NCBI GenBank assembly: GCA_002337925.1 | Contig: DDHB01000003.1 | Span: forward strand, 1 to 62,186 | Length of the DNA: 62,186 bases | Source: Sporomusaceae bacterium UBA1887 | GTDB lineage: Bacteria > Bacillota > Negativicutes > Sporomusales > DSM-15969 | Reading direction: 5' to 3' | Part shown: positions 38,144 to 48,177 of the stretch, piece by piece | Position numbering within the stretch: position 1 is the first letter of the stretch | How the letters are laid out: the number at the start of each line of letters is the position of its first letter | The notes under the pieces: model-generated | Databases searched by the model: none | Told to the model about the DNA's origin: nothing | What the model saw: the letters and a program-made list of their open reading frames with translations, nothing else | Made by a program: the position numbers and the translations under genes

Positions 38144-39637
38144 ATGCAACAACTTAATCGAAACGCAGCAGGTATTACCGGATCAGTTCAATTGCCCGAG
38201 CGGGTACTGCAATTTGGCGAAGGTAATTTTCTGCGGGCTTTTGTAGACTGGAAATTTCACCAGCTGAATAAACAAGGTTTATTCAATGGCAGTGTGGTTG
38301 TCGTACAGCCTATTGCCGAAGGCTTAGTACCATTAATCAATGAGCAGGAAGGCCTGTTTACACTGCTGCTCAGGGGATTGCAGGACGGCAAGCCTGTTGA
38401 AAAGACTGAAATCATTTCCTCCATCAGCCGTGGGATTAACCCTTATAAAGAATGGAATGAATATTTGCTCTGCGCTGAAAACAGGGATATTGAATTTATT
38501 GTATCCAATACGACAGAGGCCGGTATTGCCTATGAAAGTACCGACCGGCCAGAGATGACACCTCCCGCATCTTTCCCTGCCAAGCTGGCTCTATATCTGT
38601 ACCATCGTTATTGTCATTTTGAAGGTGACCCAGCAACGGGAATGGTAATTTTGCCATGTGAATTAATTGACCGCAATGGAGATAATTTGAAAGCTATTGT
38701 ACTGCGGCTGGCTGAAGAGTGGCAATGGCCGCAGGAGTTTTCCGCGTGGCTTAAGGAACATAATTACTTCCTGAATACGCTTGTTGACCGCGTTGTGACC
38801 GGATATCCCCGCGATGAGGCAGCGGCGCTGACGGAAAGACTGGGCTATGAAGACAAATTGCTCAATGCGGGGGAACTGTTTCACCTGTGGGTAATTGAAG
38901 GGCCGTCTCATCTAGCAAAGCGGCTGCCTTTTGCTGAGGCTGGTCTTAATGTAGTCTGGACAGACGATATGGCGCCCTATCGTACCCGTAAAGTGCGGAT
39001 ATTAAATGGCGGACATACTTGCTCCGTACCGGCAGCCTTTCTTTATGGTCTCGATACCGTTGGTGAAATGATGGATCACGAAATTATGGGCGCTTTTGTT
39101 CGCCAGGCCGTGTATGATGAAATCGTACCATCTATTAAGCTCGATAAGAACTTAATGACTGATTTCGCCAATTCGGTAATAGAGCGCTTTCAAAACCCCT
39201 ACATTAAGCATTATTTGCTGAGTATTTTACTTAACTCATCGTCCAAATTTAAAACCCGTGTGCTGCCCTCTATCCTGGAATATCAGGAGCAGCACGGAAA
39301 ACTGCCGGAGAAGTTGGTAGTTTCGCTGGCAGCCCTGATTAGTGTATACAAAGATGGAAAAATTGAAGGCTCAGGCATGCAGGCAGAGCGAAACAAGGGG
39401 ACATTTGAAATGAAGGATGACTTGCCTGCGCTCGAGTTTTTTGTTGAGACCTGGTCGAAATATGACAACACCACGCAGGGCGCCTTGTCTGTTGCCAAAG
39501 TGGTGCTAGCTAATACTGCCATGTGGGGCCGGGATTTGAATCAGGTACCAGGCTTAACGGAAAAAACAGCGGATTATTTGTATAAAATTACTGCAAGCGG
39601 CATTCAAACAGTAGTGAAAGAGCTGGTGGCACGGTAA
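38144..39637 (+). CDS. uxaB: Tagaturonate reductase (altronate oxidoreductase)
   Basis: QFGEGNFLRAF, SNTTEAGI, PCELI, LVDRVV, RKVRILNG.H; start at MQQLN behind GGAGG. Confidence 0.93.
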   Translation: MQQLNRNAAGITGSVQLPERVLQFGEGNFLRAFVDWKFHQLNKQGLFNGSVVVVQPIAEGLVPLINEQEGLFTLLLRGLQDGKPVEKTEIISSISRGINPYKEWNEYLLCAENRDIEFIVSNTTEAGIAYESTDRPEMTPPASFPAKLALYLYHRYCHFEGDPATGMVILPCELIDRNGDNLKAIVLRLAEEWQWPQEFSAWLKEHNYFLNTLVDRVVTGYPRDEAAALTERLGYEDKLLNAGELFHLWVIEGPSHLAKRLPFAEAGLNVVWTDDMAPYRTRKVRILNGGHTCSVPAAFLYGLDTVGEMMDHEIMGAFVRQAVYDEIVPSIKLDKNLMTDFANSVIERFQNPYIKHYLLSILLNSSSKFKTRVLPSILEYQEQHGKLPEKLVVSLAALISVYKDGKIEGSGMQAERNKGTFEMKDDLPALEFFVETWSKYDNTTQGALSVAKVVLANTAMWGRDLNQVPGLTEKTADYLYKITASGIQTVVKELVAR

Positions 39638-39638
39638 T

Positions 39639-41129
39639 ATGGCAATACTGGTCATTCATGAACGAGATAATGTAGCTGTTACTATCAGCGATATAAAAAA
39701 AGGCGAAAAGGTAGCTTATGGTTCGTCAGAACTGACTGCATTAGAGAATATTGACAAAGGGCATAAAATTGCCTTGCGCGATATTGAGGCTGGCGAGAAT
39801 GTTATTAAATATGGTTTTGCTATTGGTAAGACCAATACTCCGGTGAAAGCCGGGCAATGGCTGCATACGCATAATGTAAAAACAAATCTTGGCGAGGTGC
39901 TGGATTATCAGTATTCACCGGACCCTGTATATCATGAAGTCTCAGGGCAATGCGGCAAGACCTTTCGCGGCTACCGACGCGATGATGGTACAGTCGGTAT
40001 TCGCAATGAGGTATGGATTATTCCTACTGTAAGCTGCGTAAACCGGGCAGCCCAGTTGATCGCTAAAACAGCTCAGGCTGATTTGGCTGCGCTGCCGAAT
40101 GTTGACGGCATTTACGAGTTCACCCATCCTTACGGCTGCTCTCAGCTGGGCGATGATCATCGGACGACCCGCCAGATCCTCATTGATCTGGTTAACCATC
40201 CCAATGCCGGTGCAGTATTAGTGCTGGGGCTGGGCTGTGAAAATAATAATATTCCTGAGTTTAAAGCTGCTTTGGGCGAGTATGATCCTGAGCGGGTGAA
40301 GTTCCTTATTGCGCAGGAGGTGGAAGATGAAATTGCCACAGGACTTGCGCTAACGGAGGAACTGCTGCAGCATGCCAATCGGTACAGCCGCACAGAGTGT
40401 CCTGTGTCGGAACTTGTTGTAGGGTTAAAGTGTGGTGGTTCGGATGGGTTCTCCGGCATTACTGCAAATCCCCTGGTAGGGTCCTTCTCAGATGTGCTGA
40501 TTGGCTGCGGCGGTAGTACTGTACTTACGGAAGTGCCGGAAATGTTTGGCGCAGAGACTATTCTAATGAACCGTGCGCGGGATGAACAAGTATTTGATAA
40601 GACAGTCAAGCTGATCAATGATTTTAAACAGTACTTCAAATTTCATAATCAGCCGGTATATGAGAACCCCTCGCCAGGCAATAAAAAGGGCGGTATAACT
40701 ACACTCGAAGATAAATCGCTTGGCTGCACGCAAAAAGGCGGTCGCAGTACGGTTGTTGATGTACTCGATTATGGTGAGCGGGTAAGCATAAAAGGGCTGA
40801 ATCTTCTTAACGGACCAGGCAATGATGCCGTGGCTTGTACCGTGCTGGCTGCGTCTGGCTGTCATATGGTACTGTTTACCACCGGCAGAGGTACACCTCT
40901 GGGAACTGCTGTTCCTACCATCAAAGTTGCTACAAACAGTGACCTGTTTCAGCACAAGCAGAACTGGATGGATTTTGATGCAGGGCAGCTGCTGGCGGGT
41001 AAGACAATGGCAGACGTAACGGACGAGTTCTTTGACTATATCATTGCTGTGGCCTCAGGGCAGGAAACAAAAGCCGAGAAGATGGGGTTTCGGGAGATTG
41101 CCATCTTCAAAACCGGCGTCACATTGTAG
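39639..41129 (+). CDS. uxaA: Altronate dehydratase
   Basis: SAF domain, HPYGCSQLG, LGCENN, KCGGSD, TTGRGTP. Confidence 0.93.
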   Translation: MAILVIHERDNVAVTISDIKKGEKVAYGSSELTALENIDKGHKIALRDIEAGENVIKYGFAIGKTNTPVKAGQWLHTHNVKTNLGEVLDYQYSPDPVYHEVSGQCGKTFRGYRRDDGTVGIRNEVWIIPTVSCVNRAAQLIAKTAQADLAALPNVDGIYEFTHPYGCSQLGDDHRTTRQILIDLVNHPNAGAVLVLGLGCENNNIPEFKAALGEYDPERVKFLIAQEVEDEIATGLALTEELLQHANRYSRTECPVSELVVGLKCGGSDGFSGITANPLVGSFSDVLIGCGGSTVLTEVPEMFGAETILMNRARDEQVFDKTVKLINDFKQYFKFHNQPVYENPSPGNKKGGITTLEDKSLGCTQKGGRSTVVDVLDYGERVSIKGLNLLNGPGNDAVACTVLAASGCHMVLFTTGRGTPLGTAVPTIKVATNSDLFQHKQNWMDFDAGQLLAGKTMADVTDEFFDYIIAVASGQETKAEKMGFREIAIFKTGVTL

Positions 41130-41133
41130 GGAC

Positions 41134-41251
41134 GGCCGCCGATAAAGGCTCATCTGCGTTGTCAGGCCTGCGGGAGCTCGCTTGCCGTACCACTGTACTG
41201 TCTTCGCTCGCTTCCTCGGCCTTCCTAGCATCTGAACCTTTCTCGACGGCC
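41134..41251 (-). mobile_element. About 118-nt long-hairpin repeat-like element
   Basis: Minus-strand stem GGCCGTCGAGAAAGGTTCA/TGAGCCTTTATCGGCGGCC with G-U pairs, central GTAC-agtg-GTAC, and GACAACG shared with the 38-kb element. Confidence 0.55.
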
Positions 41252-41669
41252 TAAGCTTGTCGGCAGAAGGGGACGTGGGGACTGAGAACGGGCTGGATGC
41301 TGTTGGTGGTGAATGGCCCCCCTGCGGGGTGCACAGATGGGGATGGATTGCCAAAAAAAGGGGACAGTCCCCTTTTTTATATGAGGCTGTGGGCTATTTG
41401 TCATTGCGAGGGGCATGGCGACGTGGCAATCTTATGTTTAGCTTCCCGGCAGCGGGAGCCTGTTGGCGGAAGGTACGGGGAGACGAGGCCTGTGGCTGTG
41501 CTGGCGGTCGCTGGCTCCCCTAGTGAGGTATACAGGAGTGTGTTAAACTTTGCTGGCGGGGAATACTAGAGTGGGGTGTACTCTGTGTTAGCCGGAAATA
41601 AACTGAAAAATTTAAAATAATCCTTTCAATGAGGCAGGAAAAACTGATGTTAGCCAGAAATATAGGAAG

Positions 41670-41694
41670 TAAACCGGTTTAGTAAACCGGTTTA
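41670..41694. promoter_or_regulatory. Tandem LacI-type operators
   Basis: TAAACCGGTTTA twice (41670-41681, 41683-41694) upstream of an operon ending in a LacI gene. Confidence 0.8.
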
Positions 41695-41710
41695 TAAAGC
41701 GAGAGGGAGC

Positions 41711-42367
41711 GTGATCATAGTGATTCCGAAACTAAAAACATTGGAAAAAATTATGGATTGTGGTTTGGTAGCTGTTGTGCGGGCTGAAAATGCTGAGCAG
41801 GCGGTAAAAATTGCTGATGCCTGCATTAAAGGCGGAGTAGCCGGTATTGAAATAACGTTTACTGTTCCAGGTGCTGCCGAAGTGATTAAAGGCTTGGCCG
41901 AAACTTATAAATCAGGCGAAATTATTATTGGTGCCGGTACGGTGCTTGATCCTGAGACGGCTCGTATTGCTATTTTGGCAGGAGCCCAATATATTGTCAG
42001 TCCTTCCCTTAATGTAGAAACCGTACGTCTGTGCAACCGTTATCAGATACCAATTATGGCAGGCGCAATGACAATTAAAGAAATTGTTGAAGCGATGGAA
42101 GTCGGTGCTGATGTCATCAAAATTTTCCCTGGCGAGTCCATGGGGTCAGGTTTCGTCAAAGCTGTCAAAGGTCCTCTGCCGCAGGCTCCTATGATGCCTA
42201 CCGGTGGAGTAGGTCTTGATAATGTTGGTGAATGGATCAAGGCTGGCTGCGTAGCTGTTGGTGTTGGTGGTAATTTGACCGGTGGCGCTAAAAAAGGCGA
42301 CTATGAGTCTATCACTGAAATTGCAAAACAGTTTATTGCCAAAATTAAAGAAGCACGGGCTAAATAA
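41711..42367 (+). CDS. eda: KDPG/KHG aldolase
   Basis: EITFT, GAGTV, VSP, KIFP, PTGGV; start may be the GTG at 41720. Confidence 0.92.
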   Translation: MIIVIPKLKTLEKIMDCGLVAVVRAENAEQAVKIADACIKGGVAGIEITFTVPGAAEVIKGLAETYKSGEIIIGAGTVLDPETARIAILAGAQYIVSPSLNVETVRLCNRYQIPIMAGAMTIKEIVEAMEVGADVIKIFPGESMGSGFVKAVKGPLPQAPMMPTGGVGLDNVGEWIKAGCVAVGVGGNLTGGAKKGDYESITEIAKQFIAKIKEARAK

Positions 42368-42411
42368 TAATAGGAACTTATCATTCCAATATTGAGAGGA
42401 GTTTTTTATTA

Positions 42412-43434
42412 ATGGCAAAGGTAGTATGTTTTGGAGAAATTATGCTCCGGTTGCAACCACCAGGGTTTTCCCGCTTTGAGCAGGCGAGTACATTTGAGGC
42501 TGTATATGGCGGCGGCGAGGCTAATGTATGCGTTTCCTTAGCTAATTATGGAGAGGAAGCTCTTTTTGTGACAAAAGTACCGGAAAATCCAATCGGTCAA
42601 ACAGCGGTTAACGAAATGCGCCGCTATGGAGTGGATACCCGGTATATGGTGCGCGGCGGCGAGCGTTTGGGAATTTATTTCTGTGAGAAAGGTGCTTCCC
42701 AACGCCCTTCCAAAGTTGTGTATGATCGTAAGTATTCTTCCATTTCTACGGCAACAAATGCTGATTTTAACTGGCAAGAAGTCTTTGAAGGTGCTACCTG
42801 GTTTCACTTCACCGGCATTACGCCTGCTTTAGGAGACAGTGTAGCAGAAGCAGTACTGGAAGCGTGTAAGGCTGCTAAAGCAGCAGGACTGACTGTCAGC
42901 TGCGATCTCAACTTCCGCAAAAACCTGTGGACCAGCGAAAAAGCCGGTAAAGTAATGGCTCAATATATGCAGTATGTCGATGTGTGTATTGCTAATGAAG
43001 AAGATGCTGAAAAAGTATTTGGTATCAAAGCTGCCGATACTGATATTGAAGGCGGCAAACTGAATCACGACGGTTACAAAGAAGTTGCGAAGAAACTGCA
43101 GGACAAATTTGGCTTTAAAGCCGTAGCAATAACGCTGCGCGGCAGTATTTCCGCTTCTGATAATAATTGGGCAGCCATGCTCTACAAGGATAATGAGTAC
43201 TACTTCTCCCGCAACTATGCAATCCGCATTGTTGACCGCGTAGGTGGCGGTGATTCCTTCGGCGGCGGTTTAATTTACGGCATGCTGAATAATTACAGTA
43301 ATCAGGACGCACTGGAATTTGCTGTGGCAGCATCCTGCCTCAAGCATACTATTGAAGGTGACCACAATCATGTAACTGTGGCTGAAGTAAAGACATTGAT
43401 GGCCGGTGACGGTTCAGGCCGGGTTCAACGGTAA
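42412..43434 (+). CDS. kdgK: 2-keto-3-deoxygluconate kinase (PfkB family)
   Basis: GEIMLRL, GGEANV, DLNFR..LW, DRVGGGDSF. Confidence 0.92.
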   Translation: MAKVVCFGEIMLRLQPPGFSRFEQASTFEAVYGGGEANVCVSLANYGEEALFVTKVPENPIGQTAVNEMRRYGVDTRYMVRGGERLGIYFCEKGASQRPSKVVYDRKYSSISTATNADFNWQEVFEGATWFHFTGITPALGDSVAEAVLEACKAAKAAGLTVSCDLNFRKNLWTSEKAGKVMAQYMQYVDVCIANEEDAEKVFGIKAADTDIEGGKLNHDGYKEVAKKLQDKFGFKAVAITLRGSISASDNNWAAMLYKDNEYYFSRNYAIRIVDRVGGGDSFGGGLIYGMLNNYSNQDALEFAVAASCLKHTIEGDHNHVTVAEVKTLMAGDGSGRVQR

Positions 43435-43506
43435 AACTTCCACAAGCTGCTGCCGGGACGCTAAGTTCCGGCGGCATTTATCTATCAATGATGAGGAGGA
43501 ACGTAC

Positions 43507-44259
43507 ATGAAAATTGCCCGCTTTTACTATCAGGAACGGGAATTGTATGGCGTAGTGGAAGATCACCAGGTCAAGATAATTGAGGGAGATATTTTCGGCA
43601 GTTACCGTGTTTCGGAAGAAACGCTTTCATTATCTGAAGTTAAATTGCTCGCACCTGTAAAACCATCAAAGGTCATAGGTGTAGGCTTAAACTATCGGGC
43701 AGTTGCTAAAGATAAGGGTGTAGAGTTACCTTCTGAGCCAATTTTGTTCTTAAAACCTCCATCCGGTATTATTGGCCCTGGAGACAGTGTTATTGTCCCG
43801 GAGATTGTCAAGAAGCCGGTTTTTGAAGTGGAACTGGCAGTTGTGATCGGTAAAAAGGCAAAGAATGTGACAGAAGAAGCTGCGCTGGATTATTGTCTGG
43901 GTTATACGTTAGCCAATGATATAACGGCAAAAGATCACATGGTTAAAGGACAGCCGTGGGCTAAGGGCAAATCCTTTGATACATTTACTCCGGTAGGTCC
44001 TTATATTGTTACGGGAATCAATCCGGAAACTACAGAAATTGCATTACTTTTGAATGGCGAACAAAAACAGCTAAGCAGTACGGCTGATATGGTTTTTAAC
44101 GTTCGCCAGCTAATCGCATTCATATCTCAGATTATGACGCTGGAAGCAGGAGATCTTATTATTACCGGCACACCGCTGGGTGGTGGCGACTTTGCTGGCG
44201 GAGATGTATTCACATTAAGCAGCCCTGAGCTCGGCGAGTTAACTAATCCTGTACGCTAG
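43507..44259 (+). CDS. Fumarylacetoacetate hydrolase family protein
   Basis: GLNY, FLKP, EVELAVVIG, NDIT, KSFDTF.P.GP, TGTP. Confidence 0.9.
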   Translation: MKIARFYYQERELYGVVEDHQVKIIEGDIFGSYRVSEETLSLSEVKLLAPVKPSKVIGVGLNYRAVAKDKGVELPSEPILFLKPPSGIIGPGDSVIVPEIVKKPVFEVELAVVIGKKAKNVTEEAALDYCLGYTLANDITAKDHMVKGQPWAKGKSFDTFTPVGPYIVTGINPETTEIALLLNGEQKQLSSTADMVFNVRQLIAFISQIMTLEAGDLIITGTPLGGGDFAGGDVFTLSSPELGELTNPVR

Positions 44260-44273
44260 AACGGAGTGTTCCT

Positions 44274-45281
44274 ATGCCCGTTACGATAAATGATGTTGCA
44301 GCCCGGGCAAGAGTGTCTAAGACCACTGTGTCTCACTACCTAAATGGCCGCTATGACAGTATGAGTAAGGAAACAAGAGAAAATATTGCTCAGGTTGTTG
44401 AAGAACTTGGTTACCGGCCTAATGCACTGGCCCGCAGCCTGAAACAAAAAAAGACGCACACTATCGGTGCTATTGTAGCCAATATATTAAATCCGTTCTC
44501 CACCAGCATCATTCGCGGGGTAGAGGATTACTGCAATCAGCATGGTTTCAGCCTGATTTTGTGTAATGCCGACGAAGATCCGGTAAAAGAACGGGAATAC
44601 CTGGAAGTGCTCGCTGATAAACAAGTAGATGGGCTCATTATCAATACTACCGGGTATAATAATGATTTAATAAAAAACTTAAATCTTCATTTACCGGTAG
44701 TGCTGATTGACCGTAAAGTTCCGGAAATTAATACCGACACTGTTACCTCAGACAGCAGGAAAGGTGTTCAGTTGATGATTGATCACCTCATTAAACTGGG
44801 ACGCAGTGAAATCGCTTTTTTTACCATGCCTTATCACGAAGTAAGTCCGCGGACCGAACGCGTATTGGGTTACAGGCAGGCTTTGGCGAGCCATGGTATT
44901 GCTTGTAAACCTCACTTGCTTGTTGAAACCATTTTGGATGAAGCAGCTGTAATTCGTGCAGTCGAAACGGTGCTTGCTTCGCCAGAACCTCCTGCTGCCA
45001 TATTTGGAGCGAATAATCTCATGACAATGGCAGTAGTAAAGGCGCTTAAAAAATTAAATATCTCTATTCCCCGAGATATTGCTGTTGTCGGTTTTGATGA
45101 CTGGGACTGGGCAGAGCTCATTGATCCTCCGGTTACGGTTGTCAGTCAGCCAACTTATGCCATGGGACAGGAAGCGGCGACTTTGCTTATCAAGCGGCTC
45201 AAGAGTAAAAGAAACAGCCGTAAGCCGGCAGTTATTTTATTCGATCCCGAATTGGTAATCCGCAAGTCTTGTGGTGAATAA
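44274..45281 (+). CDS. LacI family repressor (KdgR/ExuR-like)
   Basis: TINDVA..A.VS.TTVS..LN, Y.PN..AR.L, VVGFDD. Confidence 0.93.
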   Translation: MPVTINDVAARARVSKTTVSHYLNGRYDSMSKETRENIAQVVEELGYRPNALARSLKQKKTHTIGAIVANILNPFSTSIIRGVEDYCNQHGFSLILCNADEDPVKEREYLEVLADKQVDGLIINTTGYNNDLIKNLNLHLPVVLIDRKVPEINTDTVTSDSRKGVQLMIDHLIKLGRSEIAFFTMPYHEVSPRTERVLGYRQALASHGIACKPHLLVETILDEAAVIRAVETVLASPEPPAAIFGANNLMTMAVVKALKKLNISIPRDIAVVGFDDWDWAELIDPPVTVVSQPTYAMGQEAATLLIKRLKSKRNSRKPAVILFDPELVIRKSCGE

Positions 45282-45291
45282 GGAGTATGAT

Positions 45292-45326
45292 AAAAATGCC
45301 TACAGCAATCTGCAGTAGGCATTTTT
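45292..45326 (+). terminator. Intrinsic terminator
   Basis: AAAAATGCCTAC/GTAGGCATTTTT. Confidence 0.8.
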
Positions 45327-45367
45327 CATTTGCTTGCGGCAAAGTTAACCTTGTCAGGAAGGTGGCA

Positions 45368-45476
45368 TTCCGCATGGTGAAATAAGTGACTGGTATAAGA
45401 AAAATTCGCAGGATTTTAGCTGTATATGTGGTAATATAAGCTTACATTGATGGAATATTGTTCCGCATCGTGGAAT
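45368..45476. promoter_or_regulatory. Two candidate IclR-type operators
   Basis: TTCCGCATGGTGAAAT (45368-45383) and TTCCGCATCGTGGAAT (45461-45476) upstream of the IclR gene. Confidence 0.55.
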
Positions 45477-45493
45477 TAAAGTGTGAGGAAAAA

Positions 45494-46267
45494 ATGGAAA
45501 AACGAAGCACAGATGTACAGTCTTTACAGCGGGCATTCGATATTTTAGAAACAATCGGCAATAGCAGCAAGGGGATAGCGCTGAGGGAAATAGCGGAAAA
45601 AACCGGACTTCCCAAAACGACCGTATACCGGCTGCTTGGGAATCTGGAAAGCAGGGATTATGTGCGCTGTACCAGCGGCGGTTTTTATGAACTAGGTTTA
45701 AAATTGCTGATGATGAGCCAGCGGGTAGAACAAAAGTTTCAGCTTAAGCACGTAGCGCGTCCCATTCTCCATCAGCTTAGAGATTTCAGCGGTGAGACGG
45801 TGCATCTTGGTGTGCTGGAGAATAATCGTGTCATGTATATGGATTCGGTAGAAAGCAATCACCCGGTGCGATTAGTCGCTAGAATAGGAGCTACTAATTC
45901 CATACATTGTACATCACTGGGTAAAGCACTGCTCATCAACAGGGATGATAGAGCAATTACAAAAATACTTGATCTTCAGGTCATGGAAAAGCGTACTTTG
46001 TATACCATTACCGATAGGAGAACCTTTCTTGATGAAATGGCAGAGGTTCGAAAGCTTGGATATGCCTTAGACGACCAGGAAAGTGCTGCTGATTGCCGGT
46101 GCATTGGCGCACCGATTTATGACCATCAGGGAAAGGTAGTGGGCGCTATCAGCATCTCCGGCCCTGTATCCCGGTTTCTGCTGCCTATGGTTCATGATAC
46201 TATAGCTCCGAGGTTGTTGCAGGCTACCAGGCAGATTTCGCAGTTCCTGGGTCTGATAGCGGAATAA
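45494..46267 (+). CDS. IclR family regulator
   Basis: VQSL.RA..ILE, LPKTTVYRLL, TSLGKALL, GYA.D.QE. Confidence 0.92.
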   Translation: MEKRSTDVQSLQRAFDILETIGNSSKGIALREIAEKTGLPKTTVYRLLGNLESRDYVRCTSGGFYELGLKLLMMSQRVEQKFQLKHVARPILHQLRDFSGETVHLGVLENNRVMYMDSVESNHPVRLVARIGATNSIHCTSLGKALLINRDDRAITKILDLQVMEKRTLYTITDRRTFLDEMAEVRKLGYALDDQESAADCRCIGAPIYDHQGKVVGAISISGPVSRFLLPMVHDTIAPRLLQATRQISQFLGLIAE

Positions 46268-46367
46268 CCTGGTATGTATTGTAAGGAGGTGATAGATACT
46301 ACTGGAAATCGCCTGATACGTACAAATAGCCAGCGAAGAGTGCTGGAAATAATAGGAGGAGATAAAT

Positions 46368-47195
46368 ATGGATACTAGATATGGTGCTCATCCCGAAGAT
46401 GCTAAGAAGTATGACACAAGCCGGCTGCGTGAGGAGTTTCTCATTCAGGAGCTTTTTGTTCCCGGAAAAATCAATATTGTATATAGCCACGTAGACCGTA
46501 TGATTACGGGCGCTGCTGTTCCTACCCAGCCTATTGCTCTTGAGGGCGGTAAAGAGATGGGATCTGAATTTTTCCTGGAGCGCAGGGAATTAGGAGTTAT
46601 CAATATTGGCGGTCCCGGAGCAGTAACAGTTGATGGTAAAGTTTACGACATGGGAAAATATGACGGACTGTATGTCGGCATGGGCTCCCGTGAAGTTGTT
46701 TTTACCAGCACTGATCCAGCTAATCCTGCTAAGTTCTATTTTAATAGTGCTGCCGCTCACAAGGCGTATCCAACCATTAAAGTAGGTATTAATGAAGTAC
46801 AGCCTACCCGACTGGGGACACAGGCTCAGTCGAATGACCGTACAATATATAAGTATTTTCATCCCCAAGGCGTGCAAAGCTGTCAGCTGGTAATGGGAAT
46901 GACGGTACTTGAACCAGGTAATATGTGGAATACTATGGCGTGTCACACTCATGAACGGCGGATGGAGGTATATTTATACTTCGAATTGCCGGAGGATGCA
47001 GTCGTTTTTCACTATATGGGAAAACCGGATGAAACACGGCATATCGTCATGCGTAATGAAGAAGCAGTTATATCTCCCAGTTGGTCCATTCATTCCGGCG
47101 TAGGTACTTCCTGCTACCGCTTTATATGGGGAATGGCTGGCGAAAACCAGACATTCAATGATATGGACGGAGTAGCAATGACATACATTAAATAA
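46368..47195 (+). CDS. kduI: 5-keto-4-deoxyuronate isomerase
   Basis: [36 protein letters not shown]. Confidence 0.95.
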   Translation: MDTRYGAHPEDAKKYDTSRLREEFLIQELFVPGKINIVYSHVDRMITGAAVPTQPIALEGGKEMGSEFFLERRELGVINIGGPGAVTVDGKVYDMGKYDGLYVGMGSREVVFTSTDPANPAKFYFNSAAAHKAYPTIKVGINEVQPTRLGTQAQSNDRTIYKYFHPQGVQSCQLVMGMTVLEPGNMWNTMACHTHERRMEVYLYFELPEDAVVFHYMGKPDETRHIVMRNEEAVISPSWSIHSGVGTSCYRFIWGMAGENQTFNDMDGVAMTYIK

Positions 47196-47252
47196 GGCGT
47201 TGTGACTAACTGTAAGTTAGACAATTGGTCTGTAACGCAATAGGGGGCTTGA

Positions 47253-48017
47253 ATGATCATACTAGAACAATTTTCATTAGCTGGCCGTACGGCCATTGTA
47301 ACCGGTGCCAGCCGCGGTCTGGGCGAAGGCATGGCTCTTGGGCTTGCACGGGCTGGTGCGGATGTTATCGTTGTGGCAAGTTCGGATAAGGTACACGAAA
47401 CGGCTGCTAAGATTCATGATTTAGGACGTAAGTCGGTAGCTATTCAAGCGGACCTGGGGAGTACGGAACCAATACCCCGTATTATTAATACTGCCTTGGA
47501 AAATTTCGGCAAGCTGGATATTCTGATAAATTGTGCAGGTATTATTCGCCGGGCACCTGCCGCAGATTTTACTGAAAAAGACTGGGATGATGTTATGAAT
47601 GTCAACCTCAAGTCATTATTTTTCCTTTGCCAGGCGGCTGCGAAAGAAATGATGAAGCAAAATAAAGGTAAGATAATCAACATTGCTTCCTTGCTGTCCT
47701 TTCAGGGCGGGATACTCGTTCCTTCCTACACGGCAGCGAAGTCAGGAGTTGCAGGACTTACCAAAGCTCTGGCAAATGAATGGGCCCAGTACGGAATTAA
47801 TGTTAATGCTATTGCCCCTGGTTACATGGATACAGAGATGACAGATGCTCTGCAAAAGGATTCAGACCGGGCGACATCAATTTTGGCACGTATTCCGCAG
47901 GGGCGTTGGGGAACTCCGGAAGATATGCAGGGGACAGCAATTTTTCTGGCATCGGATGCAGCTAATTATCTGCAAGGCCAGGTAATTGCCGTTGACGGCG
48001 GCTGGATGGGACGGTAA
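47253..48017 (+). CDS. kduD: 2-deoxy-D-gluconate 3-dehydrogenase (SDR)
   Basis: TGASRGLG, AGIIRR, SLLSFQGG..VPSYTA.KSG; next to kduI. Confidence 0.92.
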   Translation: MIILEQFSLAGRTAIVTGASRGLGEGMALGLARAGADVIVVASSDKVHETAAKIHDLGRKSVAIQADLGSTEPIPRIINTALENFGKLDILINCAGIIRRAPAADFTEKDWDDVMNVNLKSLFFLCQAAAKEMMKQNKGKIINIASLLSFQGGILVPSYTAAKSGVAGLTKALANEWAQYGINVNAIAPGYMDTEMTDALQKDSDRATSILARIPQGRWGTPEDMQGTAIFLASDAANYLQGQVIAVDGGWMGR

Positions 48018-48035
48018 AAGGTAACAATGAGCATG

Positions 48036-48067
48036 AAGAGTCTTTCCCAAAAGGGAAAGGCTCTTTT
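48036..48067 (+). terminator. Intrinsic terminator
   Basis: AAGAGTCTTTCCC/GGGAAAGGCTCTT followed by T residues. Confidence 0.8.
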
Positions 48068-48177
48068 GTATTTATATTATGTTGGTTGACAAAGAGTTTT
48101 GTAGCGAACTATAATGTGGATATGGATTTTTTGTAACAAACGGCCAAAATGTACACTTTTTGTTTAGGGGAGGTTGA

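Noticed and set aside
41055..41569. Several 60-100 aa ORFs in the uxaA-eda spacer
   Set aside because: They overlap hairpin repeats, lack a convincing RBS and show no recognisable domain or transposase motif.
46268..46367. Strong AAGGAGGTGA suggesting a small gene before kduI
   Set aside because: No canonical start codon at a suitable distance; the sequence pairs with ATCGCCT in a hairpin.
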